Source: Planctomycetota bacterium
GTDB lineage: Bacteria > Planctomycetota > Planctomycetia > Pirellulales > Thermoguttaceae
NCBI GenBank assembly: GCA_029550925.1
Contig: JAKPGL010000016.1
Coordinates: 1,734 to 65,733, forward strand
DNA length: 64,000 bases
Reading direction: 5' to 3'
This document shows positions 17,690-26,281 of the stretch, one piece after another. A program made the translations under genes and the position numbers. The notes under the pieces were generated by a model. That model was not told where the DNA came from, made no database searches, and saw nothing but the letters and a program-made list of their open reading frames with translations. Position 1 is the first letter of the stretch; each line of letters starts with the position of its first letter.

Positions 17690-20329
17690 TCAAGACTGTC
17701 TCAAGTGCGATGAAGCGACGGCCAACAGGATTTGTCCCAGGGCGATGCCGCCGTCGCCGGGCGGTACGTGCTGGTGCAGATATACGGTAAAACCGGCTTG
17801 GTGGAGTCGTTGGTAGGCAAATTGGGTCAGCAAGGCGTTTTGGAAGCAGCCGCCGCTCAGAGCTATCCGACGTACTCCCCACTGCTTTGCCGCCCAGTGG
17901 GCCGCCTTCAAAGCGCCCTCGACCAAGGCGGCATGGAACCGTCGGCTGATCTGTCCTACCGATACCCCCACCGACCGATCCTTCAAGACCGCCTCCACCA
18001 TCGGACGCCAATCTAAAAGCCCAAACCGTAAGCTCTTTTCCTCCGGCGATGTTCCGGCGATCTTCTCTGGGAGGTCAGATTTTTCAGTCCCTTCGATCCA
18101 CGGGAGCGGATAGCCCGGTAGGCGGTGGACTGGTTCTCCCGGTTCTTCCAGGGCGGCGAACTCCAGGGCCATGGCTGCCTGGCCTTCAAAGCTGATCTGT
18201 TCTCCTAACCCGCACAAGGCAGCCACCGCATCGAAAAGTCTGCCCATGCTGGTAGTCCGTGGACAGTTCACCCCCCGGTGGAGCATCGATCGCAGTCCAG
18301 ACTGTTCCATCGGGCTAAACCAGTCCCGTAGCGGGGCGAAGCTATTCCAGGCCCTTTCGCCCAGCAGTTCATACAAAACGGCCAGGGCAGATCGTCGGGG
18401 CTGACGCACCGCCTGGTCGCCGCCCGGTAAAGGAAAACTCCAAAGGGCGCCGACCCGTTCCACCCGACCTGCCTGCCACAAAAGCACTTCGCCGCCCCAG
18501 ATGACGCCGTCCCGGCCATAGCCGGCGCCGTCCCAGGAAAAGCCCAAGATCGGCTCGGCCAAGGTTTCCGGTTTGAGTCCTTGCTCGGCCAAGCAGGCCG
18601 CCAAATGGGCCTCGTGATGTTGCACCCGCAACAAAGGGACCTGCCATTGGCGGGCCATGTGCTCGGCGTATTGGGTGGAGGCATAGTCTGGGTGCAGGTC
18701 GCAGACCACCCGGTCCGGTTCGACCTGGAAAAAGCGGAGAAGGTCTTCTACCGTGTGCTGGAAAACCTCTAGGCTAGGCACATTGTCCAAATCGCCCACG
18801 TGCTGGGATAGGACCACTTGGCTGCCCAGCGAGAGACCGACCGTATTTTTCAAGTGTGCGCCCACGGCCAGGATGGGAGGCATCTCAAACGGCAGGTCGA
18901 TTGGCCGGGGAGCATATCCCCTGGCCCGCCGAAGCACTTGAACAAGCTGGGGGCCTGCGCCAGCAGGCACACCCCCACCGCCGTCCGAAACCTTCGACTC
19001 TCCCCCAAAGAGACCTTCTTGCTCGGCAGTTTTGGCCTTCTCTTCCGGCGGCAACCTGAGCACCCGGACTACCGAATCGTCCACCGGCCGAACTATGGGC
19101 CGGTTGTGCGTGAGGATCAGGTCGGCGATTCGGCCAAGTCTGTCGATGGCTTCGGCGGTCCGGTAGGACATCGGTTCTTCCGAGAGGTTGCCGCTGGTGC
19201 AGACGATAGGCCGACCTACCGCCTCCATGAGCAGTTCGTGCAGCGGGGTGTAAGGCAGCATCACCCCCAGATACGGATTGCCGGGCGCTACGGCCCAGGC
19301 AATCTGCCAGCCGGGACCATCGGGGTCCACCGGGTGATTTAAGGGAACCGGCTCTTTTCGGCGGCGCAAAAGCACGATCGGTGCTTCGGGTGATTGGAGC
19401 AGGACGGCTTCTGACTCGGAGACCCAGCAGACTTGGCGGACTTGGTCCAAATGGCTGAACATCAGGGCAAAGGGCTTGTCGGGTCGGCGCTTACGCCGGC
19501 GAAGTTCTAGGACCACTTCCTCCTGGGTCGCATCCGAGAGCAGTTGAAACCCACCCAACCCTTTGAGGGCTACGATCCGGCCTTCCCGAATGGCTTGAGC
19601 GGCCTGCTGCAAGGCGTCCTCTGCCTCGGCCACAGGGACATACGCTGGAGGGGCGTCTTCTTGGGCCGCAGAATGGCGTCTCAGGCTGCTCCGCACCAGC
19701 AGGCGAAGCTTCGGGCCGCACCGTGGGCAGGCGATCGGCTGGGCGTGAAAGCGGCGATCAGCGGGGTTTTCATATTCGGCCTGGCAGTCCGGGCACATGG
19801 CAAAATGAGCCATGCTCGTTCGAGGCCGATCATACGGCAAACCCCGGATGATCGACCACCGGGGCCCGCAATGGGTGCAGTTGGTAAACGGATACCGATA
19901 GCGCCGCTGGCTGGCCGAGAGAATTTCCGCCCGGCAGGCAGCGCAAAGGGCCAGGTCTGCGGGAATGATCGGACGAATCGCTTCCTCCAGGCTGCTGGCG
20001 ATGATCTGGAAGTCGGCCATTGTCGGACCGGCCGGCTGTTCGACCACCTCCAGAGCGTCGATCCGAGCCTGGGGTGGGCAATTCTCTCGAATGGCCTGGA
20101 CAAAGGATTCCAATTGCCCCGAGGGGCCTTCGACGAGAATATCCACCTGTCCGCTGGTGTTTTTTACCCAACCGGCCAGCCCCAGCGCCCGGGCCGTATT
20201 ATATATAAAAGGCCGGAACCCCACGCCCTGTACAATCCCTCGCACCCGGAGCAGCCATCGGCAACGCTGCGAGACGGCGGGAAGTTCTGATTTGTCTGAC
20301 TGGTTGGGTAAATCGTGGGGTTTTTTCAT
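17690..20329 (-). CDS. hypF: Carbamoyltransferase HypF ([NiFe]-hydrogenase maturation type)
   Basis: Acylphosphatase-like N-terminus. Paired zinc-finger motifs FTNCTHCGPRWS and CPDCQAEY..CPRCGP. YrdC-like and Kae1-like C-terminal halves. Start set at the internal ATG 20329 (MKKPHDL). Confidence 0.88.
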   Translation of the reverse strand: MKKPHDLPNQSDKSELPAVSQRCRWLLRVRGIVQGVGFRPFIYNTARALGLAGWVKNTSGQVDILVEGPSGQLESFVQAIRENCPPQARIDALEVVEQPAGPTMADFQIIASSLEEAIRPIIPADLALCAACRAEILSASQRRYRYPFTNCTHCGPRWSIIRGLPYDRPRTSMAHFAMCPDCQAEYENPADRRFHAQPIACPRCGPKLRLLVRSSLRRHSAAQEDAPPAYVPVAEAEDALQQAAQAIREGRIVALKGLGGFQLLSDATQEEVVLELRRRKRRPDKPFALMFSHLDQVRQVCWVSESEAVLLQSPEAPIVLLRRRKEPVPLNHPVDPDGPGWQIAWAVAPGNPYLGVMLPYTPLHELLMEAVGRPIVCTSGNLSEEPMSYRTAEAIDRLGRIADLILTHNRPIVRPVDDSVVRVLRLPPEEKAKTAEQEGLFGGESKVSDGGGGVPAGAGPQLVQVLRRARGYAPRPIDLPFEMPPILAVGAHLKNTVGLSLGSQVVLSQHVGDLDNVPSLEVFQHTVEDLLRFFQVEPDRVVCDLHPDYASTQYAEHMARQWQVPLLRVQHHEAHLAACLAEQGLKPETLAEPILGFSWDGAGYGRDGVIWGGEVLLWQAGRVERVGALWSFPLPGGDQAVRQPRRSALAVLYELLGERAWNSFAPLRDWFSPMEQSGLRSMLHRGVNCPRTTSMGRLFDAVAALCGLGEQISFEGQAAMALEFAALEEPGEPVHRLPGYPLPWIEGTEKSDLPEKIAGTSPEEKSLRFGLLDWRPMVEAVLKDRSVGVSVGQISRRFHAALVEGALKAAHWAAKQWGVRRIALSGGCFQNALLTQFAYQRLHQAGFTVYLHQHVPPGDGGIALGQILLAVASSHLRQS

Positions 20330-20639
20330 GGGGCAGTTTCTGGGCTGTATTGGCGTCCCAAAGCCGTCCCCCCTTATCGAAAACACCTTCCTGAGACGCC
20401 CGTCTTCCTTCCTTAAGTGTATCGGGCGTGCATTGGGAAGGTAAGGGCGGAGAAGGTGCGTCGATCCCCCCAGGCAATTTTCCCCAGAAGTAGGGTCCGC
20501 TTTGCGCCGAAGGCAACCTTACCTATCATATACCCATTTCCCCTCCAACCGACGGCGATCCGCAGGATTGCCCTTGGTCGATCTCCTTCGGAGGGAAGTT
20601 GCGCAGGCAGTCATTTTGGGAGAAGGATTCCCCCCAACG

Positions 20640-22637
20640 ATGGATACCGGATTGAACGAAGCCCAACGGGAAGCGGTGGCAACCCTGTCCGGGCCGCTTT
20701 TGGTCTTGGCCGGGGCTGGCGCCGGAAAGACCCGGGTGGTTACCTATCGGATAGCGGCCCTGATTCGGCATAAGACCGCGCCGGATCGGATTTTGGCGGT
20801 TACGTTTACGAACAAGGCGGCCCGGGAAATGCAGGAGCGGGCAATGGCCTTGCTGGGTCGGAAAAAGCGGACGGCGGCTCGACCAGAAATTTCTACGTTT
20901 CATTCATTGTGTGTACGGATATTGCGTCGGCATATAGATCGGCTTGGTTATCCGAAGGAGTTTGCCATCTACGATCGGGCGGAGCAAGAAGGGGTGGCTC
21001 GAACTGTCCTGCGGGAAATCCAGGCCCCTACCGCCCTTTTGCGCCCCGGCGACCTAGTCAGTTTGATAAGCTGGTGGAAATCCGCAGGCATTCGACCGGC
21101 AGAAGCCATCGCCCAGGCCCGCACCGATCGGGAGCACTTGGCGGCCTCGGCCTATCGGAGATATCAAAAAGCCATGCAGGCCGCCGGCGCCGTGGATTTC
21201 GACGACCTGCTCCTGTGTACCGAAGAACTCTTCGAGAGATTTCCTGAAGTGCGCCAGGCCGAGGCCAACCGATTCGACCACATCCTGATCGACGAATATC
21301 AGGACACCAATGCGGTACAGTATCGGATTGTCCGTGCATTGGCCTTGCCGCACCGGAACCTGGCCGTGGTGGGCGACGACGACCAATCCATCTACGCCTG
21401 GCGGGGCGCCCAAGTGGAGCATATCCTCCGATTCCAGCACGATTGGCCGGACGCCAAAATTGTTCGGCTCCAGATCAACTACCGTTCGACGCGGGAAATT
21501 CTTACCTGGGCGAATCGGTTGATTGCGTTTAACAAACATCGACACCCGAAAGAGCTTCAGGCCACCCGTTCGGGGCCGCCGCCGCGGATTTTGCAGTTTC
21601 CCGACGAGGCCGAGGAAGCCGCCGGGGTGGTGGGAGAAATCAAGGCCCGTTTGTCTGGGGGACAGGCCAGGCCGAAGGATTTCGCCATTCTCTGCCGAAC
21701 CAATGAACAGTCCCGCCCGTTTGAGCAAGAGCTGCGAAAGGGGAAAATCCCCTATGTGCTGGTGGGCGGCATGTCGTTTTTCGACCGCAAAGAGGTGCGG
21801 GATGTGCTGGCCTATTGGCGGCTGCTCGTGCATCCGGAGGACGACCAATCGCTGCTGCGGATTTTGAATCGTCCGCCGCGGGGAATCGGACCGGCTACGG
21901 CGGAAGCCTTGGTAAATGCTTCTATCCAGCAGCGGGCGCCGGTTTGGGAGGTGTTGCAGTCCGAGCGGCGTCCGCCGGACCTGCCGCCCACGGCCGTCCA
22001 AGGGCTGGATCAATTCTGCCAATTGATTCAGGAGTTTCGCCGTCGGGTGCAAAAAGGCCCCCTGGTCGAAACACTTCGCGAAATGCTGGACCGGGTCGGT
22101 TACCGAAGGGAAATTGAAAACAGTTATCCTGACCCCAATGACCAGGAATCCCGTTGGGCTGCCGTCGAAGAATTGATCAATGCGTTGAGCCTTTACACGG
22201 CCCGTGCCAAACAGCCTAATCTGAACGAGTTTTTGCAGGAACTGGCCCTGACCGGCCAAGACCAAGAAGAGGAAAACCTTCTGGAGCGGGACGCCGTGGT
22301 GCTGATGACTCTGCACAGCGCCAAGGGCCTGGAATTTTCCGAGGTCTATTTGGTGGGCATGGAAGAGGGGCTATTGCCGCATAAAAAGTCGATCGGCGAA
22401 AATGAACAGGCCATCGAAGAAGAGCGTCGGCTTTGCTATGTGGGTATGACGCGGGCGAAAGATCGGCTGACGTTGACCTTGGCGCTAAGCCGACGCAAAT
22501 GGGGCAAAGCGCGCCCCACCATTCCAAGCCGATTTTTGTACGAGGCCCTTGGCAAAGCGGATAGCCCCAACTACCAGAGGGTCAAAAAAGGCCGCCGTCC
22601 CGCGCCGCGGCCTGCCAAAGACCAAAAGAAAAAATAG
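20640..22637 (+). CDS. UvrD/PcrA/Rep-family ATP-dependent DNA helicase
   Basis: The ORF runs 20502-22637, with an internal ATG at 20640 (MDTGLNEAQREAV). Walker A is AGAGAGKT and motif II is DEYQDTN. Also has VVGDDDQSIYAWRGA and TLHSAKGLEF. Confidence 0.9.
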   Translation: MDTGLNEAQREAVATLSGPLLVLAGAGAGKTRVVTYRIAALIRHKTAPDRILAVTFTNKAAREMQERAMALLGRKKRTAARPEISTFHSLCVRILRRHIDRLGYPKEFAIYDRAEQEGVARTVLREIQAPTALLRPGDLVSLISWWKSAGIRPAEAIAQARTDREHLAASAYRRYQKAMQAAGAVDFDDLLLCTEELFERFPEVRQAEANRFDHILIDEYQDTNAVQYRIVRALALPHRNLAVVGDDDQSIYAWRGAQVEHILRFQHDWPDAKIVRLQINYRSTREILTWANRLIAFNKHRHPKELQATRSGPPPRILQFPDEAEEAAGVVGEIKARLSGGQARPKDFAILCRTNEQSRPFEQELRKGKIPYVLVGGMSFFDRKEVRDVLAYWRLLVHPEDDQSLLRILNRPPRGIGPATAEALVNASIQQRAPVWEVLQSERRPPDLPPTAVQGLDQFCQLIQEFRRRVQKGPLVETLREMLDRVGYRREIENSYPDPNDQESRWAAVEELINALSLYTARAKQPNLNEFLQELALTGQDQEEENLLERDAVVLMTLHSAKGLEFSEVYLVGMEEGLLPHKKSIGENEQAIEEERRLCYVGMTRAKDRLTLTLALSRRKWGKARPTIPSRFLYEALGKADSPNYQRVKKGRRPAPRPAKDQKKK

Positions 22638-22659
22638 CCCCCAAAGGAGGGCACATCCT

Positions 22660-23940
22660 ATGGGCCAGGTCGATTCCGTGCAGTTGCTCCAGCAGTTGGT
22701 CCGTATCCCCAGCGTCAATCCCATGGGACGGCCTGTTTCTTCCGAACCGTCCGCCGAGGGACCGGAGCCGGGAGAGTCGGCGGGGATGTTCTCCGAAGGG
22801 CGGCTTACGGACTTTCTGGAACAGTTTTGTCGGCGGTTTGGGCTGGAAGTGTTTCGGCAGCCGGTCTTACCGGGCCGGGAAAACCTGATCCTCCGGCTTC
22901 CGGGCCATCCGCCGCCGGAACAGGGGGGCCAGATTCTGCTTTGGGACGCCCATCAGGATACGGTTCCGCCGGGCCAAATGCCCAATCCGTTTGACGCCCA
23001 ACTGCGCCAGGGCCGACTTTATGGTCGGGGGGCTTGCGATGTCAAAGGCGGTTTGGCGGCGATGCTGGCGGCGTTGGTCCGCTTGGCGTCTGAGTCCGTT
23101 TCGGGCCAGAGCGGATCAGCGTCGTCCGGAACTGCCCCGGCCCGTCGGCCCACTGTCTATCTGGCCGCCACCGTCGATGAAGAGCACGGTATGAGCGGCG
23201 TGCGGGCGGTACAGCAACTTTGGCAGGCCGGCGGGGGCGAGATTTTTCCGCGTCGGCCCGATGCAGCCGTCGTGGCCGAGCCGACCCAACTCCAGGTGGT
23301 TGTCGCCCACAAAGGCGTGATGCGATGGCGATGCCACACCCGGGGCCAAGCCTGCCATAGCAGCCAACCCAGGGAAGGCGTGAATGCGATTTATCTCATG
23401 GCCGAGGTGCTCCAGGCCCTGCAGGAGTATGCGGCAATGGTACCCCAATTGGGCTGGCATCCGTTGTGTGGGCATCCCAGTTTGAGTGTGGGGCGGATTT
23501 ACGGCGGCCAGAGCGTCAACATCGTGCCGGACCGCTGCACCATCGAAATCGACCGTCGGCTTCTGCCGGACGAGTCGCCCCAGCAGGCATGGGAACATTG
23601 TTTGCGGTATCTTTTGGGTTGCTTCACGCAACCGGACCGATTGGAACAGGAACCGCCGTGGCCGCCAATCCCGGGCCTTTCCGACCAGGCAAACAGCGAG
23701 TTGGCGGCGAAGCTGTCGGGTTTGGTTACCGAGGTAACCGGCAAAGACTGCCAGCGCATCGGCGTTCCTTATACTACCAATGCGGGCTTTTACACCCAGG
23801 CCGGGGTCCCCACGGTGGTCTTCGGCCCCGGCTCGATCCAGCAGGCCCATACGAGCGACGAATGGATCGCCCTCGACCAAGTGGAACAAGCCGCCCAGGT
23901 GTTCTACCGGCTAGTTACCAGTTGGTATCTTGCTTCCTGA
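22660..23940 (+). CDS. M20-family metallopeptidase (ArgE/DapE-like deacylase)
   Basis: ATG at 22660 follows AAAGGAGG. Motifs LVRIPSVNP, WDAHQDTVP and GRGACDVKGG are present. Confidence 0.8.
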   Translation: MGQVDSVQLLQQLVRIPSVNPMGRPVSSEPSAEGPEPGESAGMFSEGRLTDFLEQFCRRFGLEVFRQPVLPGRENLILRLPGHPPPEQGGQILLWDAHQDTVPPGQMPNPFDAQLRQGRLYGRGACDVKGGLAAMLAALVRLASESVSGQSGSASSGTAPARRPTVYLAATVDEEHGMSGVRAVQQLWQAGGGEIFPRRPDAAVVAEPTQLQVVVAHKGVMRWRCHTRGQACHSSQPREGVNAIYLMAEVLQALQEYAAMVPQLGWHPLCGHPSLSVGRIYGGQSVNIVPDRCTIEIDRRLLPDESPQQAWEHCLRYLLGCFTQPDRLEQEPPWPPIPGLSDQANSELAAKLSGLVTEVTGKDCQRIGVPYTTNAGFYTQAGVPTVVFGPGSIQQAHTSDEWIALDQVEQAAQVFYRLVTSWYLAS

Positions 23941-24408
23941 GAAACTCCATCTGCTCAAAGAAGGCTGTGGATAACGGGGTGCCCTAAACACGGAGAAAGG
24001 TCCCCAAACATTGCAATAGGAGACTCCTTTCCTTAACAGGCTCTAACAAAACGGCCTTTGCTACTCACTTCCTCAGGGAGGGAGAATAGGTGGAATCTTT
24101 GGGGGCTTCGTTTTGTTAGAGCTTCTAAGTACGATTCAGGATAGGGGAAATGGAGGTGTGTTAGGTGGGGCGAAAGCCAAGAAAACCAAAACGCCCGGCA
24201 GCGCTCGGGCTTACGACGCTGCCGGACGTCGGTGCGGACTGGGTGTTCCCTCCGGGAACCTCACAACCGGTTCCCGGCGCCAATCGCTCCCTGAAAAGGA
24301 ACCTTGTTTCTGTAGGCCGTTGGGCCGCCTCTTTATGATCCCCCCCTGACCTACTCTTACTCCGCTTCAAAAGCCTTTAGGGCAGTAGTTCTGCTCGTTC
24401 AGGGCCGG

Positions 24409-24738
24409 TTAGAATGTATCCAGGATGAAGTGATGGCCTTGGTGGTAGGCGCGGGGCTGAGGATAAAAGTTTTGCCACCGCTTGTTGTACACCGGAATCC
24501 GCATCTCGGGCGGATACCGGTAGTACAGGTCTTCCGAACTGCGGTAATAGTCCGGGCCCCAGAAGTTCTGGGGATAATACACATAGGGATAATGATAGAA
24601 GCGGTTCCAATCCTGGAAGGTCATGGTGCGGGACCATTGTTGGCCGAAGGCCTGCTGGGCATAGGCTTCGGAGCCAAAAACCGCCCAAACTAACCCCCCC
24701 ACAAGCAGCATGGCACATACAATTTTCCAACGTTTCAT
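24409..24738 (-). CDS. Small secreted Tyr/Pro/Trp-rich protein, hypothetical
   Basis: 109 aa. The signal peptide is MKRWKIVCAMLLVGGLVWAVFGSEAYA. The mature part has a compositional bias (YHYPYVYYPQNFWGPDYYRSSEDLYYRYPPE). Confidence 0.55.
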   Translation of the reverse strand: MKRWKIVCAMLLVGGLVWAVFGSEAYAQQAFGQQWSRTMTFQDWNRFYHYPYVYYPQNFWGPDYYRSSEDLYYRYPPEMRIPVYNKRWQNFYPQPRAYHQGHHFILDTF

Positions 24739-24984
24739 CGGCTGGGTTCCTGTCCTATTGGCAGGGAGTGTTCACGCACAGTAAGGTTCTGGTACCTTTA
24801 GGATCGGCTTGTGTTCTGCCCCGTATTGAGGGAATATTCCTTACCACCGGACTGCTCGGTATGAATGATACTTAGCAAAAAATTGATCATTTTGTGTATA
24901 TTATCTGTTTTGCATATATTGAAGTTCCCAAGACCTTATTACTCTTTCCCATCCCACCCTGCCTTCTTAAAAGGAGCGATTTTT

Positions 24985-26184
24985 ATGGATAACCTCGAAT
25001 CCCGCCCCTTTGACCTCTCAAAAGGCCAAGCCCAAACCAGTCGAAGAGACTTCCTCGAAAAAGTCCTGTTCGGCCTGAGTAGTGTGGCCCTCGGGGGAAA
25101 GGCCGTTGGAAGTCTTGCCGCCGACAAGGCCGCCCAAGGGTCAGGGGGCCTTGTCGCATCGGCATCCACCCCGCCCGCCGGCATCCAACCAGCCTCAGCC
25201 GCAACGGCCAATCCCCCGGCCCTGCCGCTAGAAAAAACGCCGATCGTCGATACCCACCTGCACCTTTGGGACCTCAAGAAACTTCGGCTTCCCTGGCTTC
25301 GGCAGGGCGATCCGTTGTGCCGGGATCATCTGCTGGAGGAATATCTCCGGGAGGCCGAGGGGTTGAACATCGTCCAGGCCGTGTATATGGAGGTCGATGT
25401 TCACGACGAAGACCTGGTAAAAGAGGCCGAGTATGTGTTGGACCTTTGCCAAAGGAAGGGCAGTCTTTTGGTGGGGGCGGTCTTAGGCGGTCGGCCTGGC
25501 ACGCCGCAGTTTGCCTCGTCTATCCGTCGGTTTAAGGATTCCCCCTGGGTGAAAGGGGTTCGGCGGATTCCCCGGGATGGCAATACAGCCGTCTGGCTAG
25601 AAAAGCCGTTTATCCAGGACATTCGTCTTTTGGGGGAATTGGGGATGTGTTTTGATCTGTGTATGCCGCCGCAGAAATTATCGGATGCGGTGAAACTGGT
25701 CGATGCTTGTCCGGGCGCCCGATTTGTTTTGGATCACTGCGGCAACGCCGATCCGTTGGCTTTTGCCTCCGCACGGGCCAAGGGCGAATCGGAATCGTCC
25801 GGCGAGAAACCTCCTGCGGGATCGGCCAAGGTTCCTCCGCCGTCGCGTGCGCCGGCGCACGACCCGGAGCAGTGGCGGCGGGACATCGCCCAGCTTGCCC
25901 GGCGGGAACAGGTGGTTTGTAAAATTTCCGGCATCGTCGCCCGGGCGGAGAAAGACCGTTGGCAGCCGAAGGACTTAGCGCCCATTGTGAATCATTGTCT
26001 GGAAGTTTTTGGGCCGGATCGGGTGATCTTTGCCAGCGATTGGCCGGTCTGCACCCGGACGGCCAGGCTCCGGCAATGGGTCTTGGCCTTAAAGGAGATT
26101 GTGCGAGACAGATCGGACGTGGACAACGGGAAACTTTTCTGTCAGAATGCGGTGCGGTTTTACCGACTGCCTGCGCCGACCTAG
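24985..26184 (+). CDS. Tat-signal amidohydrolase-2 family metal-dependent hydrolase
   Basis: ATG at 24985 follows AAAGGAG. A Tat-like motif SRRDFLEKV is present. Also has the HxH motif DTHLHLWD and VLDHCG. A Ser/Pro/Ala-rich insert lies at about 25759-25869. Confidence 0.75.
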   Translation: MDNLESRPFDLSKGQAQTSRRDFLEKVLFGLSSVALGGKAVGSLAADKAAQGSGGLVASASTPPAGIQPASAATANPPALPLEKTPIVDTHLHLWDLKKLRLPWLRQGDPLCRDHLLEEYLREAEGLNIVQAVYMEVDVHDEDLVKEAEYVLDLCQRKGSLLVGAVLGGRPGTPQFASSIRRFKDSPWVKGVRRIPRDGNTAVWLEKPFIQDIRLLGELGMCFDLCMPPQKLSDAVKLVDACPGARFVLDHCGNADPLAFASARAKGESESSGEKPPAGSAKVPPPSRAPAHDPEQWRRDIAQLARREQVVCKISGIVARAEKDRWQPKDLAPIVNHCLEVFGPDRVIFASDWPVCTRTARLRQWVLALKEIVRDRSDVDNGKLFCQNAVRFYRLPAPT

Positions 26185-26281
26185 GGGATGGAAGGACGCC
26201 GGCTGGTTTTTTGTCGTTGCTAAGTGGTCGTTTAGCGTAGCAAAGGACCAAAGCGGCCCCTTTTGGGGAAGAAGGTTGTTC

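Noticed and set aside
17690-22637. hypF plus the helicase gene as part of a hydrogenase or defence island.
   Set aside because: The flanking genes are ordinary housekeeping or envelope genes. There are no hyp/hydrogenase partners and no nuclease, methylase or NTPase defence partners. The divergent arrangement alone is not evidence of a system.
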